Assembly (NCBI GenBank): GCA_031275465.1
Contig: JAISOT010000212.1
Span: forward strand, 1-43,147
Direction of reading: 5' to 3'
DNA length: 43,147 nucleotides
From: Desulfovibrio sp.
GTDB lineage: Bacteria > Desulfobacterota > Desulfovibrionia > Desulfovibrionales > Desulfovibrionaceae
Below the pieces are notes generated by a model, which searched no databases, was not told where the DNA came from, and saw only the letters and a list, made by a program, of their open reading frames with translations. Below are positions 1-8,843 of this stretch, one piece after another. The first letter of the stretch is position 1, and the number at the start of each line of letters is the position of its first letter. A program made the translations under genes and the position numbers.

Positions 1-78
1 AAGGCAGCCTGATAAGGGAAAAAGCAAGCCAAGAAACCGCTCTATCCTGTCCGAAGAATGGGGATCACCTCTTCGCGC

Positions 79-471
79 TTAGGGCAGCAATTGTTTCGGG
101 GCGCGAAGTTCCACAAGAATGTTGTCCGGCCCGGCGACAAAGGCAATGGCGTCCGACTCGCGCTGTTTCGGCCCCTTGTGCAGACGCACGCCCGGCAAGG
201 CGAGCAAACGGTCAAGCGCCGCCTGCATATCGGGCACTTCCATGCCGATGTGGTCAAAACCCGCGAGCAGAGGTTCTGAGGAAAAAGAAGCGCAGGGTAT
301 GGCCTTGACGTAGAGATAGGCAGAAACGCCGATATTCAGAACCGCTCCGTCACAGGAGCCGAATTTGCGGTACTTCACAAGTTTTGCCTCAAAACCCTTT
401 GTCCAGAATTCCACAGTCTTTTCCAGGTCATTGCAAAACAAATGAATATGGCCCAAAGTGGGTGTGGACAT
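79..471 (-). CDS. VOC/glyoxalase-family protein
   Basis: ~130 aa; LGHIHLFCNDLEKTVEFW, GFDHIGMEVPD and FVAGPDNILVEL are typical VOC motifs; AAGGA RBS upstream. Confidence 0.85.
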   Translation of the reverse strand: MSTPTLGHIHLFCNDLEKTVEFWTKGFEAKLVKYRKFGSCDGAVLNIGVSAYLYVKAIPCASFSSEPLLAGFDHIGMEVPDMQAALDRLLALPGVRLHKGPKQRESDAIAFVAGPDNILVELRAPKQLLP

Positions 472-505
472 CACGCAATCCTTTGTTACAGGGTGATACT
501 TCGTC

Positions 506-1867
506 TCAGGACGCCGCCAGAAGCCGCGTCAGCTCCCGCATGTCCTCAAGCTGTTCCAGCTTTCCGACGGCGTTCAGGATGGCCTCTCTTCTCTGGCTGT
601 TCCATACCGGGGACGCCAAATCATCAAATTTTGCGGCGTACAGCTCCGCTGGAGCCGGGTTCTCCGGTTCGCCCACCGGCAGGGGCACGTTGACGCTTAC
701 CCTGTCCGTGTCGGTAACGATCTCCATGGCAGCGCCGCGAACATTGTTTTCCGCCGAATCAAAAGACGGGTCTTCCACGAAACGGATTTTCCCGAACAGT
801 GCCTGCAACTTCGGATCATTCGCGCTGTCGGGATGGAAGTCGTCAATGCGGGGCTGCCCCTTAACCAGAGCCAGGGCCACGGCAAAGCCGATATTGAAAC
901 GCGCTGTGGCAAGATCCGTGGGCAGCGTTTTTTTGGCAGCCAGATAAATGGCTGTGGGATATGTGGTGACCACAATCTCCCGGACCGCGTCCGGATCCAC
1001 CCTGGAACGCAAAGCAAGCGCCGCGTCAATGGGCGCATGGGTATAACGGCAGGAAGGATAGAATTTCACGTAGCTGCTTTCCACCCCCAAGGGCGACACA
1101 AGCGGCGCCAGCACGATGCCTTCATCAATCTCCTGACCGGAATAGGCATGGAAGAATCCGTCCTTTCCTTCCAGAATATCCGGGGCGCCTTCGGCGCCGA
1201 TAGCCGCCATTTGCGCGGCGGTCACGCCATTGAAGGCAGCCCTGCCCGAATTGTAGGGTTTGAGCGTGCCCCCGCTGTGAAAGGTTATACAGAGCCCTGA
1301 CGCGGACAGGCCCGCAACGCCCAAGGCGTTCAACATGCGCTCGGGATCGAGTTTCATCAGTCTGGCTGCGGCCATGGCGGAGGCCAGTGTGCCCACCACC
1401 CCGGTGGTATGAAAACCCCGGCGCAAGGTGCCCGGGTTGCAGGCCTGCCCCAGACGGACAAACACTTCATACCCCACGACCGCCGCGGTCAAAAAATCTT
1501 CTCCGCTGCTTTGCAGGGCTTCCGCCAGCGGAAAAAGAGCGGAGAAGACGACTACCGCGGGATGGCCGTAAGCGCGTCTGTGCCCGTCATCAAGCTCCAG
1601 CGCATGCCCTGTTATGCCGTTGACCAGAGCGGCCTCGGCGCGGTTTGTCCGGTAGGCGGTGCCGATGATCGCGCTTTCGCCGCTTGCGCATTTCCTGTCG
1701 GCAAGATTCCGCAGCACAATCCCGGCCAAAGCCCCTTGACCGACGCCTCCGGCGAGACTGCCCAAATAATCAATGCAGCGGCTTTTCAGCGCATCCCGAG
1801 CCGGTTTCCCCACTTGCGAAGGCTGCAGGCCGGCAAGAAGCTGCACAAAACGTGGACCTAAAGACAT
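506..1867 (-). CDS. MmgE/PrpD-family protein (not the canonical 2-methylcitrate dehydratase type)
   Basis: 453 aa; HALELDDGH, GHP, GFHTTG, LKPYNSG, KFYPSCRYTH, PVGEPENP; AGGAGG RBS. Confidence 0.9.
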   Translation of the reverse strand: MSLGPRFVQLLAGLQPSQVGKPARDALKSRCIDYLGSLAGGVGQGALAGIVLRNLADRKCASGESAIIGTAYRTNRAEAALVNGITGHALELDDGHRRAYGHPAVVVFSALFPLAEALQSSGEDFLTAAVVGYEVFVRLGQACNPGTLRRGFHTTGVVGTLASAMAAARLMKLDPERMLNALGVAGLSASGLCITFHSGGTLKPYNSGRAAFNGVTAAQMAAIGAEGAPDILEGKDGFFHAYSGQEIDEGIVLAPLVSPLGVESSYVKFYPSCRYTHAPIDAALALRSRVDPDAVREIVVTTYPTAIYLAAKKTLPTDLATARFNIGFAVALALVKGQPRIDDFHPDSANDPKLQALFGKIRFVEDPSFDSAENNVRGAAMEIVTDTDRVSVNVPLPVGEPENPAPAELYAAKFDDLASPVWNSQRREAILNAVGKLEQLEDMRELTRLLAAS

Positions 1868-1923
1868 GGAAACCTCCTGGTTGGGTTAATCCCGTAGCCT
1901 TCGCACAGGCGAATATGCCGTTT

Positions 1924-2340
1924 TCAGGCTTTCTTACTTTGGGCGCGCATGCCTGTTTCAGGCAGGAAAATGCAGCCGATGCCGGCAGCCAAGATCATGA
2001 AGCAACAGGCAATCAAAATGTTCTGCGGACCATAAGAATCCACCAGCCAGCCGTAAACCATGGGCGAGAGTATGGATGCGCCATACCCGACGCCAAACAC
2101 AAGCGTGTAGGAACCTGTAACAATAGCCGGTGTTGAGTTGTCCATTTCCATGGTCACGCCCATCCATAACGAATTGTGGCTTGCCGAACCGAACCCGAGA
2201 AGACCTACCACGACGGGAAGAAAGGCGTTGTCCGGCGAGATGAGCAACGCGCCCAGCGCGCAGACGAACATAAGCATGAAAGCCGGTACCATGAGGGTTT
2301 TGCGCAACCCCAGCCAGCGGGAGAGCAACCCCGATGGACA
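1924..2340 (-). pseudogene. 3' fragment of an MFS transporter
   Basis: Only about four C-terminal TM helices; begins at the loop motif GLLSRWLGLRK and ends PMVYGWLVDSYG...FLPETG; in-frame TGA just upstream and no N-terminal half. Confidence 0.8.
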
Positions 2341-2459
2341 AGAACGATGGCGTCACCGAAACCGATCTTGTACGTTCCCGTCATGTAGCGCACTGAACGC
2401 ATAAATTCGGCATCGCTTTTGCAGAATTCAAAAAACTTTTCAAAATTGATTTTCTTCAT
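2335..2459 (-). pseudogene. 5' fragment of an unknown (possibly SCP2-like) gene joined out of frame to the MFS remnant
   Basis: GAGGAGG RBS and ATG at 2459; MKKINFEKFFEFCKSDAEFMRSVRYMTGTYKIGFGDAIVLV is protein-like, then runs into an off-frame reading of the MFS. Confidence 0.6.
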
Positions 2460-2595
2460 TAAAATACCCCTCCTCATTGACCTTGCACAATTTCAGAAAG
2501 CCGTCACAACGATTCCGACCAACATACTTTATCGCGCTATGATTGGGGGATGATAATTTTTGCGCACCTCCCGCGTATACGATCCAGCACGCAGG

Positions 2596-2823
2596 CTACC
2601 CGCCGCACATCACAGGCAGCAGCATAACCGTCTCGCCTGCCCTGACTACCCTGTCCGGATTGCAGATCTGCCTGTCAATAGCCAGCAAGGCCTGGCCGCG
2701 TAAAGCTCCTTCGCCGATGGCATCCAAAAAACCATCAATGGTCGTTCCTTCCGGTATCATAACCTCCCGCGGCGGGGCCTTGCGCCAGACCAGACGACAG
2801 TCGACGGTAACCGGAATCATCAT
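2596..2823 (-). CDS. MoaD/ThiS-family sulfur carrier
   Basis: 75 aa, ends LLPVMCGG (C-terminal Gly-Gly); ATGA overlap with the AOR stop. Confidence 0.85.
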   Translation of the reverse strand: MMIPVTVDCRLVWRKAPPREVMIPEGTTIDGFLDAIGEGALRGQALLAIDRQICNPDRVVRAGETVMLLPVMCGG

Positions 2824-4532
2824 CGCCCTCCGGTAAGTTCCAGGAAATCTTCCGGAGTGAAGTCGTAAATCCCGCCGGAATCAGGATTTTTCTCCAGATA
2901 AAAAAATTCCGCCACCCTGTCGGAAGGGGGGCCAAGCCCGGCTTTGCGGTTGAAGCTCCTCTCGTCGTCAAGCGCCCGGGCGGCGAGAGTCTCGGCTTCG
3001 GCGAGGGTAAAGGATGTGCCGAAACGGGCGTTGACCAGACCGATGATCAGCGACATGTCTTTGACGGCCGCCCCAAGCATTATGCACAATCCCAGAGAAT
3101 CCAGAAGCATGATCCCGGCCTGGGCTTTTTTGGCGTTGCCGACCTGCCCTTGTTTTTCGGTTTGTTTAACCTGCAATCTGGTGGTGTTGCCGGCGGTGTG
3201 GTCGGCCCCCATGGCGGACGTGGCGTAGGTCACGCCCGTGCCTTTGACGGAGCGGGGATCATAGGCGGCCATGCTTTGTCCCTTGGCCGTGGGCACCCGG
3301 TATTGGCCCAGGATTTTGCCGGTCATCTCCGCGCCGGAGCCAATGACCCTGGAAAGAATCTCACCCGAAATTATGCCTTTGACGGCCTTTTCCGCGAATT
3401 CGGCGTCGCCGAAAGGGGCGAGCCCCGCCTCCATGGCCACGGCAATTGCCGCGCCAGTGTCGATGGTATCCACCCCCATGTCGTTGCACGCGTGGTTGAG
3501 CCGCGCGATTGCGTCCAGATCGCCGATGCCGCAGTTGGAGCCCAGAAGGCCTATGCTTTCATACTCCAGAGGCGAGACGACGGCTTTTCCGTCCTTGCCG
3601 GGAAAGATGTTTGAACACTTGATGAGGCAGCCGCGCATGCAGCCGTGGCTGGGGTTGCCCTCACCTCCGCGCTCTATGATGGCGTTGTAAAGAGCGCTGC
3701 CGTCTATGGAGCCCGCCTTCTCGAAGGTGCCGCGCGAAAAATTTCGCACGGGCAAGGCCCCCAGTGCGTTGGTGGTGCTGAGCATCGCGCTTGTTCCGAA
3801 TTTGCGGTAGACCTCACTGGTCTGGGGGGTTGCGGCAATCAGGGCTGCCACTTGCCGCAGCCCGGCGGCAAAGGCGGCCTGGTCGGCCATCTTCTCTTTG
3901 GGCGCCGCGGAATCGTCCACCACAACGGCCATAATGCCCTTGGAGGCCAGCACGGCTCCCAGCCCGCCCCGGCCGCTGTAGCGCGAAGGGATGCCTTCGG
4001 GATCGGTGCAGGTGACTCCCGCGCACAGGAGGCGCTGTTCGCCGGCTGGTCCGATAAGAGCCAATCCGGCCCTGGCGCCGTATTTCGCAAACAGTACTCT
4101 GCTTTTCTCATACACGCCAACGCCGGCAAGCTCCGGAGGAGCATGCGTGAGCCTGACGCCCCTGGCGTCAATGTGCAGGATTTGCCAGGCGTCCCCCTCT
4201 GCCGGCCTGCCCTCAAGAATAACGGCCCGAAGGCCCAGGCGTCCCAGTTTGTAAGCCAGCATGCCGCCGGCGTTGCTTTCCTTTATACCGCCTGTCAGCG
4301 GGCTTTTGGCTCCCACCGACAGGCGGTTGGCGCTGGAGACAAGCGTCCCGGCCAGAGGCCCCACAGCAAAAATAATTTTATTGAACGGCCCCAAAGGATG
4401 ACAGGCAGCCGGCACTTCGCGCAGGAGGAATCCCGATGTCATGGCTCTGCCGCCGAGCAGCAGTTGATCCCCGGCCACAGGGGTGTCAACGATTTCCCGC
4501 GTGGCGGTGTTGATACGGAGTATTCTCTGCAT
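2820..4532 (-). CDS. Aldehyde:ferredoxin oxidoreductase family (W/Mo-pterin, 4Fe-4S)
   Basis: 570 aa; AKSPLTGGIKESNAGG, IGPAGE, GRGGLGAV, CMRGCLIKC, LEYES, DMGVDTI, YDPR, DSLGLC. Confidence 0.92.
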   Translation of the reverse strand: MQRILRINTATREIVDTPVAGDQLLLGGRAMTSGFLLREVPAACHPLGPFNKIIFAVGPLAGTLVSSANRLSVGAKSPLTGGIKESNAGGMLAYKLGRLGLRAVILEGRPAEGDAWQILHIDARGVRLTHAPPELAGVGVYEKSRVLFAKYGARAGLALIGPAGEQRLLCAGVTCTDPEGIPSRYSGRGGLGAVLASKGIMAVVVDDSAAPKEKMADQAAFAAGLRQVAALIAATPQTSEVYRKFGTSAMLSTTNALGALPVRNFSRGTFEKAGSIDGSALYNAIIERGGEGNPSHGCMRGCLIKCSNIFPGKDGKAVVSPLEYESIGLLGSNCGIGDLDAIARLNHACNDMGVDTIDTGAAIAVAMEAGLAPFGDAEFAEKAVKGIISGEILSRVIGSGAEMTGKILGQYRVPTAKGQSMAAYDPRSVKGTGVTYATSAMGADHTAGNTTRLQVKQTEKQGQVGNAKKAQAGIMLLDSLGLCIMLGAAVKDMSLIIGLVNARFGTSFTLAEAETLAARALDDERSFNRKAGLGPPSDRVAEFFYLEKNPDSGGIYDFTPEDFLELTGGR

Positions 4533-4568
4533 ATTCGACTCAAGGTAACCGCTGCCCTGATATGGCAG

Positions 4569-6068
4569 TCACATTCCCGCGGCTGTGCGGGCGGCGATGC
4601 GTCCGAACATCGTCGCTTTGCCGAACGCAGTGCCGGTCATATAGGCGGCACCGTGGAAACCGCCGGTCATCTCCCCCGCGGCCAGAATACCGGGGATAAT
4701 ATCGCCGAATATGTCAATGACCTCGGCTTTCGGAGTGATGCGCACTCCGCTGTAGGTACCAATAATCGCCGCTGTTGAAGGCATGACATAAAACGGGGGT
4801 TTTTCAATCGCGCGCAGTTCTCCAAAGTTGCCGGAAAGATGTTTTCTACCGAATTCCGGATCGCTGCCGCTTTTCACATAGCCGTTGTAGCGCTTGACAG
4901 TTTCTTCAGCAGCTTCAGCGTCGATGCCTGCCTGTTTTGCGGCTTCCTTTATCGTATCAGCCTGGTAAAGAATTCCCGGACGATTTTCAAATTTTGCAAC
5001 AGCTTCAGGGGTTTTCCGTCTTCTTTCATACTCCGCCTCGCGGATAACCGAGTCAAAAACCTGAAATCCGCAACCATCCTTCTGGGCCAGAGCCGCGTCT
5101 CCAAGAAGCTTGTATGAAATTGATTCGTTGACGATACGTTTGCCTGCCTTGTTGAGGATGACAGCGCCGCTGTAATAATACTGCATGTAGTCTTCATTGA
5201 AGATAGAAGGATTCATTGTGACGCCGTATGTTGCCTTCACGTATGGAGTATCAATGAAATCAGCACCATACGCCAAGGCCATTTTGATTCCGTCGCCCTG
5301 CGTGCCAAGGCCGGCGATCACCTTGGCCTTGCGTATGAGCGGGGTATACTGACCCAACAGGTCAGGATTTCTGCAATATCCGCCTGCGGCCAAGATCACG
5401 GCTTTTTTGGCTCCGAAAGTTGTTTCCCTGCTTCGGGATTTCGCCGTCAATCCCACAATTTTTTTCGCCACGTCGTCATAGACCAAGCGCTGGGCCGCGC
5501 AATTGAGAAGAATTTTCGCTCCCTTGTCGGCCGCGTATTTTTGCGTCACCGTGATGAACTGCGGAGGGGATACGAAGTGTCCGCGCGGCACGCTCATACC
5601 GCTGTTCGGTCTTGGATTGGAAATTTGGATGCCCATTTTCTTGAGCCAGTCGTATGTTTCCAGCTGAATATCCATGTAGGCCTTGATAAGCGCCGGGTCA
5701 TTGACATGTCCGCCTACCTCCAGCAGATCTTTGGTAAAAAGCTCCACCGAATCGTTGATGCCCTTCTCTTTTTGGTCCGGCGTGCCCGCAAAAGACATTT
5801 GCCCGCCGCAGATGATGGTTGATCCGCCCAAAATAGGCTGCTTTTCCAGCAGGATGACGGAAAGATCCTTGTCCACGGCTTCACAGGCCGCAGCCAAGCC
5901 GGCCGCGCCGCCGCCGACAATGATGACGTCGGCCTCGTTACCCCACTTTTCCGGCTTAGGAGTGGGCATGGCTGAAGCCGGAACGGCACCCGCGGATGCC
6001 AAGAACGCGCCCGCCGCAACGGCGGCCTTGACAAAATTTCTTCTGTTGACAGCAAAATTTCTGGACAT
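4569..6068 (-). CDS. Tat-exported FAD-dependent oxidoreductase (flavocytochrome c/FAD_binding_2 family), substrate unknown
   Basis: NRRNFVK twin-Arg signal and ASA cleavage site; IIVGGGAAG, LAAGGY, QGDG, AAGEMTGGFHG; no CxxCH. Confidence 0.9.
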   Translation of the reverse strand: MSRNFAVNRRNFVKAAVAAGAFLASAGAVPASAMPTPKPEKWGNEADVIIVGGGAAGLAAACEAVDKDLSVILLEKQPILGGSTIICGGQMSFAGTPDQKEKGINDSVELFTKDLLEVGGHVNDPALIKAYMDIQLETYDWLKKMGIQISNPRPNSGMSVPRGHFVSPPQFITVTQKYAADKGAKILLNCAAQRLVYDDVAKKIVGLTAKSRSRETTFGAKKAVILAAGGYCRNPDLLGQYTPLIRKAKVIAGLGTQGDGIKMALAYGADFIDTPYVKATYGVTMNPSIFNEDYMQYYYSGAVILNKAGKRIVNESISYKLLGDAALAQKDGCGFQVFDSVIREAEYERRRKTPEAVAKFENRPGILYQADTIKEAAKQAGIDAEAAEETVKRYNGYVKSGSDPEFGRKHLSGNFGELRAIEKPPFYVMPSTAAIIGTYSGVRITPKAEVIDIFGDIIPGILAAGEMTGGFHGAAYMTGTAFGKATMFGRIAARTAAGM

Positions 6069-6159
6069 GACGGCACCTCCAGGTCGTGTATTTTTGGCTA
6101 ACTGTTACTATCCCGCATTTGCTCATAACCCGCTTAAAGGTTGCAAAGTCCGTATCCGG

Positions 6160-6227
6160 CAATTTTGCAGGCGTTGCTCCGCGCCGTCCAGAGCATTTTG
6201 ACGCGGAGGGGCAACGCCTCAAAATTG
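6160..6227. repeat. Long imperfect intergenic hairpin
   Basis: CAATTTTG/CAAAATTG, AGGCGTTGC/GCAACGCCT and TCCGCG/CGCGGA pair (23 bp). Confidence 0.7.
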
Positions 6228-6234
6228 AAACGCC

Positions 6235-7674
6235 TCAATAAAGACCGATGAGCTTCCACCAGATGCTCCCCACGCCAAACCAGACCACAAGATGAAGCAC
6301 TGATACCAGGAAACCGCATCTCAGCCAGTCTCCTGACTCCACGTATCCTGTGGCGAAGAAAATGGGGGCCGAACCTCCGCTGTAATACGTCAGGCAGGCC
6401 TGCAGATTACAGAAAAAAGCGATGACCATGGCCGTGAGCATCGGAGGCGTGCCGGCGGCCAGGCCGATAGCCAGGTATGCCGAGTAGACGGCGCTGATGA
6501 GCGCGGTGGAACTGGCGAAACAGTATGCGATATACATGGAGGAGCAGGCCAGGCAGAAAACGATCACCGGCCAGGGAAGACCGCTGATGGTCGAGCCCAG
6601 GCCGCCGGTGATCCACTTGATGACCCCGAGCTTGTTCAGCAGCCCGGCCATGAGGATCAGGCCGGAAAACCACACCAGACAGTCGTAGGCTCCCTTTTCG
6701 GACAAAACGTCCTGCCAGGTCAGCACACCGGCATACACCAGGAAAGTGATGCCTATGAAGGCCGCCGTGGTGGCATCAAGCCCGATGTAGCTTCCCACGA
6801 CCCACATGAACAGCAGCAGGAAAAACGTCCCGAGCATGGTCTTTTCCGGCATGCTCATGGGGCCCATTTCCTTCAGTTTCTCTATGGCCAGCGCGCGCGC
6901 TTCAGGGCTGTGCTTGATCTCCGGGGGATAAATAAAAAGCAGGAACAACGGCACAGAAAGAATGCTCGCGATGGAGGGCGCAAACCCGGCCCACCACCAG
7001 CTCAGCCAGGTGATTTCCACGCCCTGCGCCGCCGCGAAGCCGGCTGCCAGCGTGTTGCCCGCCATGGCCGTCATAAAGGCGGCGCCGACCGGATAGTTTG
7101 TCTGGAAGGAATTGAAGATCAGATAGGAACCGATTTTCCGCTGGGTGCCCAATTCCGGGTCGCTTCCGTAGGCTCTGGCGACGGCCAGGGTCAGGGGGCA
7201 CACGGTTCCGCCCGAACGGGCCGTGCTGGAAGGCATGGCCGGGGCCAGCACGTAGTTGGTGAAACCAAGAGCATAGGCCAAACCCAGTGTGGTATGGCCT
7301 ATTGCCCTGATGAACATATACCCGATGCGGGTGCCCAGACCGGTTTTGGTAAAGCCGCGGGAAATGAAAAAGGCCATGACGATAAGCCAGACGCTGCTGT
7401 TTCCGAACCCGGACACCACCTCCCTGATAGTCAGAACTTTCGTGGCCGACAGCACGGTCAGGGCTGTCATCACTATTGCCCCCAGAGGCATGGGTTTTAC
7501 CAGAAAGCCGAAAATGGTGCTGACGAAAACGGCAAACACTTTCCAGCCTTTGGGATCAATGCCCTCCGGACAGGGGAGGAACCAGAGACATAAAAATAAT
7601 GCCACCACGCATAAGGCCGGACGGACTTTCAACTGTACCTGAAGCCCTTCCATTTTGCCTGTTGTTACAGCCAT
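6235..7674 (-). CDS. DASS-family di/tricarboxylate transporter (CitT/TtdT-like)
   Basis: Very hydrophobic; KTGLGTRIGY, MPSSTARSGG, MTAMAGN, TWQDVLSEKGAYD, GSAPIFFATGYV, WWKLIGL; AAGGAGA RBS. Confidence 0.93.
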   Translation of the reverse strand: MAVTTGKMEGLQVQLKVRPALCVVALFLCLWFLPCPEGIDPKGWKVFAVFVSTIFGFLVKPMPLGAIVMTALTVLSATKVLTIREVVSGFGNSSVWLIVMAFFISRGFTKTGLGTRIGYMFIRAIGHTTLGLAYALGFTNYVLAPAMPSSTARSGGTVCPLTLAVARAYGSDPELGTQRKIGSYLIFNSFQTNYPVGAAFMTAMAGNTLAAGFAAAQGVEITWLSWWWAGFAPSIASILSVPLFLLFIYPPEIKHSPEARALAIEKLKEMGPMSMPEKTMLGTFFLLLFMWVVGSYIGLDATTAAFIGITFLVYAGVLTWQDVLSEKGAYDCLVWFSGLILMAGLLNKLGVIKWITGGLGSTISGLPWPVIVFCLACSSMYIAYCFASSTALISAVYSAYLAIGLAAGTPPMLTAMVIAFFCNLQACLTYYSGGSAPIFFATGYVESGDWLRCGFLVSVLHLVVWFGVGSIWWKLIGLY

Positions 7675-7824
7675 TCGCATTCTCCTTTTGAGAGATGTCT
7701 GAAAAGTGTCGGTCGACGAACGCTTTTTCCGGCAACATCGCTGTGCTGCACCAATTTTGGGAGTATGCCCTTCGCGGCCCGACGCCTCCGACCTGTTTGA
7801 CGTTCAAAGCACATCCAGGGGGTG

Positions 7825-8808
7825 TCAATGTGACGGCTGCTCGTGCCCTCCTTGCGCCGATGCGACTTCCTTTCTTGCATACAGGAAAGGATAGTGGAAA
7901 TCGCCCCTGCTGCGCCAGTTTCTGAACATGTCCCCAATATTCCGGCACAGGAAACGCAGCAGTTTGAAATAGAGGTGCAGCAGGATCAGCAGATCCGTGC
8001 AAAGAGCGATCAGGGAATGCAAAACGCTGCAAGCGCCATAAAGGCTTTTGCCGAGCGCGGCCTCGCCGAAAAAATTGCCGATGCCGGTCAGGGCAAGGAG
8101 CGGCAGGGCGCAGCAGAGATAGCGTATCCAAAACTTGTGATAGGGGTTGAACTCTGTCCATGCGGGCAAGGCGTCACGAAAGGGATGCCGGAGGAAGGCC
8201 TTGAGCTGCCTGAACCATTCCCCGGTACCGAGGGGTTTTTCCCATGCCCCGTCGATCAGGCGCCTGAAGTGGTTTTTATCTATCAGATAATATACGACGG
8301 GCAGAACAATCAGCAAAATTCCCGCCAGGTTGTGAACAACACCGTAGATCCCGGCATGCAGCTCAGGTATGTGCATCTTGTAATGATAAAGAAATATCCC
8401 GGTGCCCATGAGGGTGAAAATCAGCGTGGCCAGCGAGGCATGAATAAATTTTTCAGCCCGGCGGAAGCCCGTGGCGTACTCCTTGACGCCGGGAGTAACC
8501 TGGGGGCACGCCCGCACGCAACGATAACACCGGCGGCACTCGTCCTCCACAATATTTTCCAGAGACATGGACGTGCGCCGGTTACTCCGGAATTCGAAGC
8601 GCTCTTTTTCGCGCACCACCGGGCAGGCATCCACACAGTTGCCGCAGGTAAGACAACCTTTATCGCCCACGGCTTCCTCATAGCGCACAAGGCGGTTATT
8701 GGGCCTCACGCCCTGGGAGAACAGGCGCATTCTGCCCACAGGGCTGAAGTTTTCATCCAGAATCACTGTCAGGGTCTTTGACCGCTTCAATCTTTCCAGT
8801 TCTTCCAT
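7825..8808 (-). CDS. 2x[4Fe-4S] ferredoxin fused to a 4-TM diheme cytochrome b (FdnI-like)
   Basis: CLTCGNCVDACP and CRRCYRCVRACP, then four TM segments with His in FIHAS, VVHNL, VLHSL and LLHLY; FNPYHK motif; start taken at MEELERL after GGAG. Confidence 0.8.
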   Translation of the reverse strand: MEELERLKRSKTLTVILDENFSPVGRMRLFSQGVRPNNRLVRYEEAVGDKGCLTCGNCVDACPVVREKERFEFRSNRRTSMSLENIVEDECRRCYRCVRACPQVTPGVKEYATGFRRAEKFIHASLATLIFTLMGTGIFLYHYKMHIPELHAGIYGVVHNLAGILLIVLPVVYYLIDKNHFRRLIDGAWEKPLGTGEWFRQLKAFLRHPFRDALPAWTEFNPYHKFWIRYLCCALPLLALTGIGNFFGEAALGKSLYGACSVLHSLIALCTDLLILLHLYFKLLRFLCRNIGDMFRNWRSRGDFHYPFLYARKEVASAQGGHEQPSH

Positions 8809-8843
8809 AGCATTAACTCCACTGGTTGGAGGGAACAAATATT

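Noticed and set aside
4569-6068. Soluble fumarate reductase call
   Set aside because: Catalytic His/Arg positions are replaced
6142-6157. sigma54-like site before the Tat flavoprotein
   Set aside because: GG to GC spacing is 11, not 10
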